Under the pieces are notes generated by a model, which was given only the letters and a program-made list of their open reading frames with translations, was not told where the DNA came from and ran no database searches. A program made the position numbers and the translations under genes. DNA of 64,000 nucleotides, taken from assembly GCA_000091205.1 (NCBI GenBank), contig AP006500.2; one strand, 5' to 3'. Source of the DNA: Cyanidioschyzon merolae (lineage: Eukaryota). This document shows, piece by piece, positions 1-11,438 of the stretch (position 1 is its first letter; each line of letters starts with the position of its first letter).

Positions 1-2890
1 GAAGAAGCTATCAAAAGAAAGAAGAAACTTTCCAGAGAAGACAAACGAGAGGATCGAAACCGCAAAATGGCCTCCCTGACGGAATTTATGCTCGAGAGCA
101 CCAACGAAGATGAGACCTAGCGCTCCATTCGATCGAGACTGGACCCACCAAAAAAGTGCTTGGGGCTCACACCAATCGTTTATGAGGAAGCGCTGAGGAC
201 GGAGCGTGCCTCAGGGAATGAGGCCTGGATAAACCACGGGATAGAGCTGCATGAAGACGCAACTGGGCACTGCCGAAACCGAAACTATTGGCAACAGTAT
301 GCATCAGAACTACTACGCCTCGACCCGGTACCGGAATGGAACGACCCAATCTTCTGGACTGAATCTGTTCGGACCCTGCTATGCTCAAGCAACCGCAAAA
401 CACCTGGCTTTAACGGTATCCCTGCGGAGTGGATGAGACTGGCGATTCCAAAAGACGGGACAACAGGGACACCATCGATACCAGATGAACCTGACACAAT
501 CTTAGGCAAACGCCTTGTGGAGCTCATCCAACGCATGTTCGAAGAGGCGTACATCCCGGATGTATGGAGGACTGCCGAGGTCGTACCGATCCTCAAAAAG
601 GACTCCCACACAGACATGAACAACTACTGGACTATGCGCCTCATCCCGTCAATCATGAAGCTACTTTGCGCCATCCTCACGAACCGGATCCAGACGCGCT
701 TCGAGGAGCGCAAGTTCTTCGCCTCAGAACAGGCTGGATTCCGGAGCCGCAAGGAGTGCATGAGCCATGTCCTGACCCTCATTGGAGTGGCGCAACGTCG
801 CTTCATTAGCGACCAACAACCAACTTACGTATGCTTCGTCGACTTTCAAAAGGCTTGTGACACGTTCCCGCATGAGGCTCCATTTCTGAAGATGGGACGA
901 TCCGAAGTCTCCGGAAAGTGCTTGGCGTTCTTCCGTGCGCTCTATGCAGACTCATGGATGCGCATCCGACTGGGCGACAGCTCAAGAACCCCTTGTATAC
1001 GAATCCACCGTGGACTGCGACAGGGCGACCGCGCATCCCCGCTCCTTTTCAACATCTTCATCAACGATCTGCTTAACAACTGCAGACAATACGGGCTTGA
1101 GGTGCCGTGGATAGACTGTGGAGATGCCCGATGAGGAGCGCCCATTTGGGAACCGCCTCGCAGGCCGTTTAGTTGCGGACGATGCCGTGCTGTTGGCAAA
1201 CGCCCCGGAAACGCTTGCTGCTAGCATGGAACAAGTCAGCGCCTGGGCCGATCGCTGGGGTATGAGCATAGGAGCATCGAAGTGCGGCGTCATGCTCATC
1301 CATGGAGACTCGCAGAGCATTCGCAATCGCTCGTGGCGGTTGCAGAATCAGGAAATTCCGATCGTGGAAACATATCGCTACCTGGAGGGTCTGTCGCACG
1401 CCGACGCTCGACGAAAAGGCACACGTTAACGAGATGATCGCCAAGATGCATAGACGTACAGCGATCGCACGCCCATTCCCATCCGACCCCTCTATCCGCT
1501 TAGCAATCCGTACGAGGGCACTAAGGATGTGTATCATCCAGCCTGCGACCTGGGGTACTGAATGGTGCGGCATGAAGCACGCAAATGCCTCGCGTCTGCA
1601 GACAGCCGCCAACAGGGCAATGCGACTCGTTGTTGTTGTTGGATGCTCAATGCAGAGCAGAGCAACCAACCCGTTGACACTCGGACTTGAACTCCAAATA
1701 CCCTCGATAGAAGCGATAGCAGCAGGTTGCCGGGTACGTATATGGGCCAAAGGGCCCGCCATGCGCACCTCTTTGAGTCGGAGTTTCATGCAGACCCCAA
1801 CGCACCGCAAGAAAACTTGGATGAAATCGACGCAGATTTGGCAGAAGCGCCTCTTGGGCGAAAACACGCTCCCCAATCGTTCCCCAGAAATATAGAATTC
1901 TCCCGTCGCCTGAAGCGAACGGTCCAAACGCCAATATGGGAAGGTAGACATGGTACCAGTCGCGCTAGTAACGCCGGCTTGACTCTATATCGGAACTACA
2001 ACCTAGCATACACATGCAAGTACTGGTGGGAGGCGCTGGAATTCCCGGGACTTGCTCGCGGTACCCTGTGGCTTGCCAAAATCCGTGTTAGTGGCATCTG
2101 GCTACCAGCACCGGCTCTAAGCCGTACGGGAACACTGGAACCGCACTGGGAGTCACACTGTCCCTGCTATCGAGAAGAGACCCCTCGAGACGCTGACATA
2201 TTTGGGCTTACAGTGCCCGCGCTCGAAGCAGGAGCGCAGCGAGCTCCTTGGAGGACACCAGCAGCTGGGCATCACCGTGATAGTCGAAGGCCGGACACTC
2301 ACTCTGAGTATAGCACCGGCAACTGATGGTCCGATAACCGAGCCTCAGCGCTCATCAGTGGCGAACAAACTCACATGCTACCTTCTAGGCATGAGGTCCA
2401 GCGTATCGGATGCGCACACGGGTTTAGTGCACTTTCTGCGCCTACCCACTGTGGTGGGTGTCAAGCACAAACCCGCATTGCCAACCTACAACACATTCAA
2501 TGCATGATCACGAAGGAGAGAGGCGGCTCCCAGGATTCAACCTAACAGCCAAGTTTCTACAGCGTGTATTGCGGCGAAGGCAAGCCTGCATTTGCAGACT
2601 ATCCGAGCACAAACTGACGACGAGACCCGATTCTACGTCGGGTGAACCACACCTCGAGCCGACGCCCTTTGTGGTATAGAAAAGCTGTTCTAGCTCTATG
2701 AGCTATCTGCTCCAGCGTTCAAGTGCAAAGGCGAATACGGAACGGCAGGTACTAGGCACACACGATAGGACGTATGAAACGACCAGAATATCCGAGACGA
2801 AGTATAGCTAATGTAACATGGGAGTAGGGGGTTGATGAATACCTCACCTCGCACTGAAAAAACAAACACACAATAAAAGTAGGAAAAGAA
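1..2890 (+). mobile_element. Degenerate non-LTR (LINE-like) retrotransposon fragment. The window starts inside the element. An A-rich tract near 2850-2890 may be the 3' tail
   Basis: RT-domain ORF at 160-1429 with an upstream in-frame stop (~118) and a frameshift near 1118-1134. Downstream ORFs are broken up. A-rich stretch aaaaaacaaacacacaataaaagtaggaaaagaagaa at ~2858-2895. The 3' boundary is uncertain. Confidence 0.55.
160..1429 (+). pseudogene. Reverse transcriptase domain of LINE ORF2, inactivated by a frameshift
   Basis: RT motifs are readable in the translation: FVDFQKACDTF (motif 3-like, F.D..KA.D.V), GLRQGDRASPLLFNIF (motif 4-like), and VADDAVLLA in the next frame (1118-1429; Y/FADD catalytic box) followed by SKCGVM. 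Two frames are needed to read the domain, so it is disrupted. Confidence 0.75.
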
Positions 2891-3357
2891 GAATGCGCAT
2901 GATCGGAGAACGCTGGCCTAAGTAAACGTTTTGTCCATGAAAACAATCGTAGCTTCAGCAACGGTGAAACCGGGGCTCGGCGTTCCGCGGGGCATGCTCC
3001 ACTGACTTGTCGAATATGCACGAAAATTGTCGAATTCATTGCTGATGACGCTGCTACTGTGTTGCAGTAGTACGCAGTGGACCTGTCTTCTGCGAGTCTC
3101 GAGAACATTTTGCACTCGAACGGAAACCTGTACGTTCGGACGCTTAGACCATTCGCGTCAGAGGATGCTTTTCAAAATGCATTCTTATCGGGAAAACTCG
3201 AACGTCTCCGCGCAATACCCAGCCATATTACCGGCACTAGCGTGGCCGATTGGCCCCCTTCGACGCCGCTGGCTACAGAGCACTAGTAACCGAGACGCTC
3301 TGGGCATCTCGCAAGCATCGCGTTGCCAATCGCATGGATAAGCTCTGGAATGCCAGC

Positions 3358-3507
3358 GGATACAATCGATCATTCGCTATTTGCTCCGTGTCAACGATGA
3401 GACACACCCAGCAATCGTATGCACCGAGTTTCGGATACAATCGATCATTCGCTATTTGCTCCGTGTCAACGATGAGACACACCCAGCAATCGTATGCACC
3501 GAGGTTC
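3358..3507. repeat. Tandem duplication, 75-bp unit x2, about 190 bp upstream of the P5-ATPase start codon
   Basis: ggatacaatcgatcattcgctatttgctccgtgtcaacgatgagacacacccagcaatcgtatgcaccgag occurs twice in a row (starts 3358 and 3433) with one or two mismatches. Confidence 0.85.
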
Positions 3508-3693
3508 CGGGAGCTTTTATCCAAGGCGAAATGACAAAACGCCCTCATATTGGCATCTTGCGTACCCAGAGCCAGGCCACAAGGAGGCGTCTCTCCTCGG
3601 GGGCGACGATGATGGCCTGCAGGGAGGCGTCGGCTGTACGCCCAGTCGCTTCAACTGCTGTGCTGCTGTTGTGGTCGTTGTGCAGGGCGCCGC

Positions 3694-6600
3694 ATGGGAC
3701 AACACTACTGTGGAGCTTTTCGTCCTCAGTTGTGGATACTTGATGACGACTTGTCTTCGGAGACACGAACATCTGAGAACTTTACCCCCAGCGAGCGAAC
3801 CTATGGCACAGAGCAGAGCACGTGGTCTGTGTCGACTCGAAGCGGTGCGTCTGATGGAACGCAGGCTTCCCCGATGGACACCTCGCAAGCTGCAGCAGAC
3901 GACGATGAGGACGCACTGGAGTTTGAACAACAAAACATAGAAGAGCGACTGGAGGGTTTTGAGGCCTTTGCTGACCAGTACTGGCGGATCGTGGTGTACA
4001 TCCTGCTCAACCTGTTGACGTGCGGTCTTGTCTACGCCGCGTTGCAGAGTTTCCCCAGCACCAAAGTGCGTCTGCTCTACAGACGTGCAACGAATCTGGC
4101 TGAAGCTACTATGTTGCTCGTGACGTTTCGAAGGAAAAGTCGCCAGAATAAGGGCCATTACTTTGTGATCCCGTCCGAGCCGCGTGCTCGTGTGCCGAGC
4201 AGCGTCCTCAGCGCGTACCTGGGTCGACTCTCTACGCGCACGATTTTGGGACAAAGTGCGCGTGGTCGAGAAACGTTGCGGCTTTTGAGCGAACCCGTTG
4301 AAACGGTGCTTGTGATCGAGGCTCGCCAGCGTCGGTATCTCCTCATCCAGTTATCAGGGTGGCGACACGCCGGTCAACGCGGCATGCACCAGCGTTTTAT
4401 CTGCTTGCGCATCCACAGTGCGTTTATTCCGGCATTTGAGGAGTACTATCGATTACCCACAGACGAGAGCTCTTTGATAACACCCAGCATGCATCCTATT
4501 CCTGAGCATGAAGTCGCACTACCGGTTGCCGGCTTCCACGAAGAGGACGAAGCAGCTTGGGATCGACCGAGCGATCCCCGTGGAAACCAAGAGTCTGCCG
4601 TGGCGGACGTCGAGGATCCCGCTGCCCCCGAGGCTGAAGTACAACCGGCGTCGCTGGTGCTTCACCGACCGCTGGGCATCGACCTGCTAGAGGCAGATGT
4701 CATCCGGGCGATCGTAGGCGACAACAGTATCGAGGTAGAGATGGCACCCTTACTCAGGCTGTTCCTGCAGTCTGTCACACATCCATTCTTCCTCTTCCAA
4801 TTCTTTTCGATTGCGTTGTGGATTCTCGAAGCGTACTACTACTATTCAGCGACAATTGCATTCGCCTCGTTTATGAGCGCCCTCCTGGAAGCCATGGAGA
4901 TGCGAAGCAATGCGGAGCGACTTGCTCGTATCGCCGCCAGCGAAGGAGATGTGCTAGTGATCCGTCGGTCGCCTACGAATCGCTCTTGTGACTGTTGCGA
5001 GCGCATTTCTTCCCGGGAGCTTGTTCCAGGAGATGTGATCATCGTCGAGAGTGGCATGGTTATGCCGTGCGATTGTACGCTGCTGCAAGGCTCAGCGGTC
5101 GTCACGGAAGCGAATCTCACGGGCGAAGCGGCGCCGCTTTTCAAGTCCTCCTGGCACAGTGCATACGAGGAGCCCAGCTCCAGGGTACCCCCGCGAATTC
5201 CCATCGAGTCTTACCAGCACAGTTCGGGACTTGCAGCGGTATCCGAGGTGACCACGCAGGAAGCTTCTGCACACCAGGGCGCCGAGTCTTCTGCCCATTT
5301 CATCAACATGGAAGAAAGCGAAGGCAACGAAGAGGATGAACAGTCATCTGGCGAAAGTGAGGGCTATTTTATGGGCGCCTATTCGGCATCGAATGAAGCG
5401 GAGGATCTGCTTCCTACACCGGCATTTCACCACATGTCGGTAGGTGGCCTCAGCGCCTGGCTGCAACCCGCATCGGCCGCAGAAGCGTCCGCCGTCGGGA
5501 GCGCGCTGGACGCTTCCGTGGAACACTCGTACACCACCGCCGCCGCCACCACTGCTGCTGCTACTGCTCCTGCTGCTGCTGGCGCTGATGCAGACGTAAA
5601 TGTGCGGCAGGTATCTCGAGACGGAGAACGCTATAGACGCGAGCGCGGTGCCCGGAGCGTACCAAGGATGATGACTGCAGGGCGCCAGCACCAGGCGCCG
5701 GCTGCGCATCATTTAGCCTGGGATCAGGTCAATCATGTGCTATACGCTGGAACGAGAGTCATCGAGGCTCGTCCCGAACGGAGCGTGCCGAGCACCCAGC
5801 AGAGCACGGCGGCAGCAACGGATGCTGGGTTTTCCTCAGCGGGAACTTGGCAGGGTACTGGGATCACTGGTGCCGACAACGGAGCCTCCGCTACGCCCGC
5901 AACAGATGATCAGATGCAGTCGCTGGACAGCGCCGTCCTTGCACTTGTCATTCGAACGCGACTCGATACCGCCAAGGGGACGCTCCTGCATCAGATTTTG
6001 CTCGCAGATGACCAGACCTCGAGCTACGAACGCGGAAATCCGGGGCCGCGTGACACTCGCGACACCAAACTCTCGGTGTGGGCGGCGCTTTGGAGGCGCT
6101 TGCGCTCCAGGTCACCGCCTGGCGACGCCCACTTGGGCGATGGCGAACTCGATGACCCCGAGAGCAGTGACAAGCGACTCTCGCAAATGTATCTGGACGC
6201 GTACAAGGCCATGGTTGTGCTGCTGTTCGGTGGCGTCCTCGCTACGGTCTATTCTTTCACCCTGTTGCGTCCGCTGCTCTCGTTTCGAGAAGCCCTACTC
6301 AGCGCACTCGATGTGTTGACGATTGTGGTACCACCGGCACTGCCAGCGGCGGTTACCTTTGGGATTGTGTTCGCACTGGAGAGGCTGCTTGCGGCCCAGA
6401 TATACTGCATTCGTCCGCCGGCGGTTCTTATTGCATCTGGGATCGAAGCGCTCTGCTTCGACAAGACGGGAACCTTGACGGACCTGGGCCTGGACATTCA
6501 CGAAATCCTCCCGGTAGCGTCGATGCCGCTCGCACTGGAAACATTGCCCGGGATTCAGGTCTCGAGCGACCCGCCTGGCGGCATAACCACGGCTGCAACA

Positions 6601-9600
6601 GAGGGCACCATTGCCCTCTTCGATACGGAGCACGTCATCCGACGTCACGACTTGACAGAGGAGGGAGCAGCACCGGAGCACCAGCCGGCGCCCAGCGGGT
6701 ATGCAGCGCGGCTACCAGCGGGCCTAGCCCTGGTCATGAGTTGCTGTCATACGCTTACAGTGGTGCACGGCCAGGTGCTGGGCGACGAGGTGGATTCGCG
6801 TCTCTTCGAGCTCACCGGATGTGAACTGAGGCCAACTGCGAGCCCCGCTGATAGCCGTCGTTGGCAGGGCATTCATCCAGCTCAGACACTGTTTTATGTC
6901 GCTGAACGTCACGCGGAGAGCTCTTTTGGGCGAGTCGTGAAGATCTTCGCTTTTAGCAGTGAGTATGCGCGCATGGGTGTCATTGTGCAGCGACTGGTGA
7001 CTCCGGAGAGCGAGCAACCACCGCAGGTGGAGTGGTTATTTTTAGTCAAGGGTGCCCCCGAGGTGGTGGTGAACTTTTGCGATCGACGCTCCGTACCGAG
7101 CGATTTCAGTCACCAGGTGCAGCTGTACACATCACAGGGCCTGCGGGTACTTGCACTTGCCGGGCGACGTCTGCTGACAACGGACGCGCGTGCACGTCGA
7201 GTTCGCCTGGATGCCGCTGCGCAGGCACTCACGAAGCGCAACCGCAGCCTTGGTACACGAGAAGGAGCACCAACAGCACCAGCAGCAGAGCCACCGGGGC
7301 GTGCGCAAACAGCCCGCAATGCCACGCCCCTGACCTGGAGCAGGCAACGCTTAGAGCGCTCACTCACCCTGTACGGATTGGCGGTGCTTGAGAATCGCCT
7401 CAAACCCGATACAGCAGCGGCCTTGCATGAGCTGCGGCATCGCGCCGACCTCCACTGCCTCATGGTGACTGGTGATCATATTCGCACAGCAGTGAGTGTC
7501 GCTCGCCAGTCGGGCATGATGGACCGCGACGCCCGAGTCATTATCGCTGACGAGCTGAACGCTCAGCTCGTTCAGCGGAGGCGTCAATGCACACGCTTGT
7601 CCTCGTTCGCTTCCGCGAATGCACAATCAGCAGTACCGGGAAATGCTGGTGGCGGTAACGTTGTGGTGCCGGTGGACACCACCACGAGTCAGGTAGTCTT
7701 CTCCGACAGCATGCATGTGCAGAAACGCTTCAGCCGGATGGAGGTGTTCAGCTTGTTGGCTGCATCACCCTGCTCTGCGCGTCTGAATCGCCTCCTGAAC
7801 CGGAGTAGTGCACTGGGGGTGCGGATCATGGAGCGTGCTCCGCTCGTTGCCTGGGAAGCAGAACAGCCTGCTGGCTTTCCAGGAGCGGTGCCCGAAGATG
7901 CACCGATGACGAGTTTCCAGGGCACGACGCATTCTACGGAAGCTACCACAGAGGCAGGTGTATTTCGCTCACGCACGCGCTCGTTACGGAGCGAAGCAAT
8001 GCTGCGCGATACCAGAAGCGCTCAACCCGGATACGGACGGCGAACTGCGGGTAGTACAGCGGCAGCCGCTGAGCAGAGCGATGAAGGGCTCGTCGGTGCC
8101 ACGGGTGTCTCTGCGGGAACAAGCGGCGCTGAGGTCACGACCTTGGCGCGTGGTCGCCTTTCAGAAGCGAAGACACATCCAGCGTTGTTGCTCAGAGAGG
8201 CGGAGGCGGCAGAAGCGGCACCTTTGGAACAGCACGCTGCGGTCGCTGATGAAGCCGCTGTGCCGCCACTCCCGAATCGACGTCATTCTCTTTGGACTGG
8301 AGAACGTGCTGGCACCAGCGCTCTATCCTCGGTTGCGACGGCAAGGGTGGCGTTGCCCCAGGATGAGCCCGTTGCCTTGGCGATGACCGGAGCTGCGTTT
8401 CGTCTCCTGCTTCGAGAGTTTCATCGTTTGTCGGGGAGTCTCGCACGCAGTCGCACGCCAGGTGCTAGCAGTGGTGTTGGTGTTGGTGGTGTTGGTGGTA
8501 GTTGTGGTGGATCTCGAACGTCATCACGTCGCTACCATTTCCTACGACAGGTGTTTTTGCGTTGTACAGTGTACGCGCGTATGTCGGCAGCCGACAAAAC
8601 CGCCCTCGTGCATTTGCTACGAAGCCGTTTCGGCCTCTGTGTCGGTATGTGTGGAGACGGTGCGAACGATGCGGGCGCGCTGCGGGAAGCTGACGTTGGT
8701 GTCGGTCTCGTGGAACGACGCGTTTGGAGTACCAGCGAGTCGCAGGCCTCTGGCGAGGCACCCCTAGAGCGCATCCGGATCGAGAAACCTGATGCTCTGG
8801 CGCGGGAGTATGGCGACTCGCGCGCTCCAAAAGCCACCGGTACGAAGCGGGACTTGCTGCTGCTGCAGCGTCTCCGACCAAAGTCCAGCTCTTCGGCGGT
8901 TGCGGGTGACGACGAGGACGCAGTGGCATCGCTTGCAGCGCATTTTACCAGTCAGGTGACGAGTATTCGGGCGGTGGTCAAGGTACTCACCGAAGGCCGC
9001 GGTGCAGCAGCTGCTTCTCTGGCTTGTTTCAAGTACATGGGCATCTACTCGCTAACCCAATCGATCAGCACGCTATTCCTCTATCGCATCGGTACGGTGT
9101 ATTCCGATGGACAGTTTCTTTTCCAGGATCTGGTGCTCATCATGCCGCTGGCGTTGACCATGGGTCGAACCGCCTCCCAGACGCGCCTCAGTCGACATCG
9201 TCCACCGGTGCGACTAGCTAGTGCTCCCGTCTGCTGGTCGATGGTGCTCCAGAGTCTGGTGCAGGCCAGCTTCCAAGCCGCTGCCGTCTATGCGCTGACA
9301 CAAGCGGATACCGTACCTGGAAGCGTCTTCGGGATGACGTGTCGCTGGAATGCGCCCTGTCCGGCTGCCACGGTGCTCTTTCACGTCGTCAACGCGCAGT
9401 ATATCTGGTCAGCGATCGCGTTCAATATGAAGTCTCCGTTTCGACAGTCATGGGAACAGAATCCGTGGTTCCGCACCACCCTGGCCCTGCTCTCGTTGCT
9501 CTGTTTGAGCGTGATCGAGCCTGTCGTTCCGCTCTTGCAACGGATGCTGGCCTTGGCACCGCTCTCCACGAGCATGCGAAGATGGCTATGGGTCCTTATC

Positions 9601-9690
9601 GCTTTGAACGGTCTGGCGACGCTTCTGGTGGAGGCTGTTCTGAATTGGTACGAACACGGACGTGTAAGGGTGTCTGTCGAAGAGTATTAG
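3694..9690 (+). CDS. P5B-type P-type ATPase (ATP13A2/Ypk9-like cation/polyamine pump) with very large low-complexity insertions, 1998 aa
   Basis: Continuous 5997-nt ORF. P-type ATPase motifs TGEA (actuator), CFDKTGTLT (phosphorylation site), MVTGDHIRTA (TGD), GDGANDAGALREADVGVG (hinge). The M4 motif VPPALPAA is diagnostic of the P5 subfamily, and PPALP rather than PPELP points to P5B. Insertions are rich in A/S/G/T/E (e.g. GVGVGGVGGSCGGS). Confidence 0.85.
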   Translation: MGQHYCGAFRPQLWILDDDLSSETRTSENFTPSERTYGTEQSTWSVSTRSGASDGTQASPMDTSQAAADDDEDALEFEQQNIEERLEGFEAFADQYWRIVVYILLNLLTCGLVYAALQSFPSTKVRLLYRRATNLAEATMLLVTFRRKSRQNKGHYFVIPSEPRARVPSSVLSAYLGRLSTRTILGQSARGRETLRLLSEPVETVLVIEARQRRYLLIQLSGWRHAGQRGMHQRFICLRIHSAFIPAFEEYYRLPTDESSLITPSMHPIPEHEVALPVAGFHEEDEAAWDRPSDPRGNQESAVADVEDPAAPEAEVQPASLVLHRPLGIDLLEADVIRAIVGDNSIEVEMAPLLRLFLQSVTHPFFLFQFFSIALWILEAYYYYSATIAFASFMSALLEAMEMRSNAERLARIAASEGDVLVIRRSPTNRSCDCCERISSRELVPGDVIIVESGMVMPCDCTLLQGSAVVTEANLTGEAAPLFKSSWHSAYEEPSSRVPPRIPIESYQHSSGLAAVSEVTTQEASAHQGAESSAHFINMEESEGNEEDEQSSGESEGYFMGAYSASNEAEDLLPTPAFHHMSVGGLSAWLQPASAAEASAVGSALDASVEHSYTTAAATTAAATAPAAAGADADVNVRQVSRDGERYRRERGARSVPRMMTAGRQHQAPAAHHLAWDQVNHVLYAGTRVIEARPERSVPSTQQSTAAATDAGFSSAGTWQGTGITGADNGASATPATDDQMQSLDSAVLALVIRTRLDTAKGTLLHQILLADDQTSSYERGNPGPRDTRDTKLSVWAALWRRLRSRSPPGDAHLGDGELDDPESSDKRLSQMYLDAYKAMVVLLFGGVLATVYSFTLLRPLLSFREALLSALDVLTIVVPPALPAAVTFGIVFALERLLAAQIYCIRPPAVLIASGIEALCFDKTGTLTDLGLDIHEILPVASMPLALETLPGIQVSSDPPGGITTAATEGTIALFDTEHVIRRHDLTEEGAAPEHQPAPSGYAARLPAGLALVMSCCHTLTVVHGQVLGDEVDSRLFELTGCELRPTASPADSRRWQGIHPAQTLFYVAERHAESSFGRVVKIFAFSSEYARMGVIVQRLVTPESEQPPQVEWLFLVKGAPEVVVNFCDRRSVPSDFSHQVQLYTSQGLRVLALAGRRLLTTDARARRVRLDAAAQALTKRNRSLGTREGAPTAPAAEPPGRAQTARNATPLTWSRQRLERSLTLYGLAVLENRLKPDTAAALHELRHRADLHCLMVTGDHIRTAVSVARQSGMMDRDARVIIADELNAQLVQRRRQCTRLSSFASANAQSAVPGNAGGGNVVVPVDTTTSQVVFSDSMHVQKRFSRMEVFSLLAASPCSARLNRLLNRSSALGVRIMERAPLVAWEAEQPAGFPGAVPEDAPMTSFQGTTHSTEATTEAGVFRSRTRSLRSEAMLRDTRSAQPGYGRRTAGSTAAAAEQSDEGLVGATGVSAGTSGAEVTTLARGRLSEAKTHPALLLREAEAAEAAPLEQHAAVADEAAVPPLPNRRHSLWTGERAGTSALSSVATARVALPQDEPVALAMTGAAFRLLLREFHRLSGSLARSRTPGASSGVGVGGVGGSCGGSRTSSRRYHFLRQVFLRCTVYARMSAADKTALVHLLRSRFGLCVGMCGDGANDAGALREADVGVGLVERRVWSTSESQASGEAPLERIRIEKPDALAREYGDSRAPKATGTKRDLLLLQRLRPKSSSSAVAGDDEDAVASLAAHFTSQVTSIRAVVKVLTEGRGAAAASLACFKYMGIYSLTQSISTLFLYRIGTVYSDGQFLFQDLVLIMPLALTMGRTASQTRLSRHRPPVRLASAPVCWSMVLQSLVQASFQAAAVYALTQADTVPGSVFGMTCRWNAPCPAATVLFHVVNAQYIWSAIAFNMKSPFRQSWEQNPWFRTTLALLSLLCLSVIEPVVPLLQRMLALAPLSTSMRRWLWVLIALNGLATLLVEAVLNWYEHGRVRVSVEEY

Positions 9691-11438
9691 ACAGGTGCCC
9701 TGGAGGCAACGTCGTCGAACGGTTTCGATCACCGCTGCAACAGACAACATTGAATAGGACTCGTTCGTGTCGTGAACGAATGCGTTCCTGGCAATGTTTG
9801 AAATGTACGCGTGCATGCATAAAAGCGCAGCATTGTTGTCTACATGAACAGAGACCTAGCACAAGGATATGCAAGTCGAGGTGACCGAATGCTCGATATT
9901 CGAGATTCCGCATCACAAAGCAGCACATATATCTGGTGGACTTGCAGGTTGCGCTCACAAACGCGGATGCATTCCAACCGGGCAAGGATTGCTCTCGTGG
10001 TGACGCTCGACCTCTAGTTCCGTTGCCAGTTGTCGAAGGATATCGGTGAGCGTACTCAATTCTCGAGTCGGCGCTTTCGAATGTTGTAAACCGATTCCAC
10101 GGTGGCACGGAAGTTGCGGTCAAAGCTTCGCTTGACAATCCTGTCTTGTTTGTTCGCAGTCTCGGGTTGCGCTTGGCAGCAAAGGCGTTCGACTTTTGTC
10201 TGTTGTCGGAGAACGAGAGAGAATCCACAATATCTGCTGCACCGACGATTGCCCTGCGGCGTCAGGAGGTCTGTTTCATCGGGCGACGCTTCCCCATAAC
10301 TAGCAGAGAGAGCGCTTTCTTCGAATGCATACTACGTTTCTGCTCCCGGTGCAATACCCGACGATCACGGGCTGCCTCTGGGCTGTTTCTGCGGCGAGTA
10401 CCCAGAATGCCGCACGTACAAGAGGACGATGTTCTATTCGATCGGCGAGTTATGGAACGATATGTTATCCGCGATGATGCACGAACTGGAACGAAAACCC
10501 AGGTCGGACGTCGGACGTCGAGATACTTGGATCCCTCTATGCAACCTTCGGGTAAAGCGGTAACGTACCCTAGACTAGACGCGATTGCGAGGATGACTGA
10601 AATCCAAAACCCTGTTCCATGGAGCCAGCGGATACGCGAGCTTATGGGCGTTTATGGCGAGAATGCTCATCATGCTGCTATCGAATGCGGTCTCTTCTAC
10701 GCAAACAAAGAGCGGAGTGCTTGTTTGTCGAACGGCATCGATGATGGAACATGGCACGTTCAGTGAACGTTCAGTATGAATTGGTGGTCGAGTCGTCTTC
10801 GGATGACGTCGAGTGTTTCTACGTCAATGTGGCAGCGTGAATAGCTGAATCCTTGTGTCGCCTTGAACCAGTAAAATGGATATCATGAAGAATTTGTGAT
10901 TCGAGTACGCAAGCCGTATGAAAAGGAGAAACCTTGAGGCCACTACGCAGGCAGTGGGCGTTGCTGTCGATGGTAGTACGGAGCAGAATTCGCGTGCCTG
11001 GCAAAGCGTCTTGATACAGGCGACGTTACGAATGCCCAGTGCACAGCTTCGACGCAGTCACTCTGAAAGAAAAACGACCGAGAATCCTGTATCTATTGAT
11101 GAATTCGTAAGCGCTGCTTGCCGCACTTCAGATGTCGAGGCAGTACATGTGACGAAATTTCAAGAAAAAAAAACATCATCAATTCAGGAACAGATCGCGT
11201 AGGTCCATGTCCCATTTTAAGCTGTCGTCGGGTATATCGACAAGTCAGCGTTTCTGAAACGTTGTTTTTCGCGCCAGACTGCAACAGAAAGGCAAGCATC
11301 CAACAGTTGCTTCAGAACAAGTTCAGCGGGCATGGATCCCCATCCCCCCTGGAGAGGTTCATAAAGCGATTCCACGAAATTCCAACCGAAATCAACGCAG
11401 CGTTGACCATTGCACACGCTACTCCACGAGTTGAAGGC

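Noticed and set aside
1169-1951. Long antisense ORFs of 200-260 aa (e.g. 1169-1951(-), 3517-4254(-), 8465-8929(-), 20649-21335(-), 40007-40528(-), 58741-59391(+))
   Set aside because: They overlap better-supported genes on the opposite strand, are R/A/P/S-rich as expected from stop-poor GC-rich frames, and have no motifs. Treated as spurious.
10146-10766. 206-aa ORF in the convergent intergenic region between the ATPase and helicase genes
   Set aside because: No motif, and in this GC-rich sequence random ORFs of this size are common. Kept out of the feature list, though it could be a real small gene.
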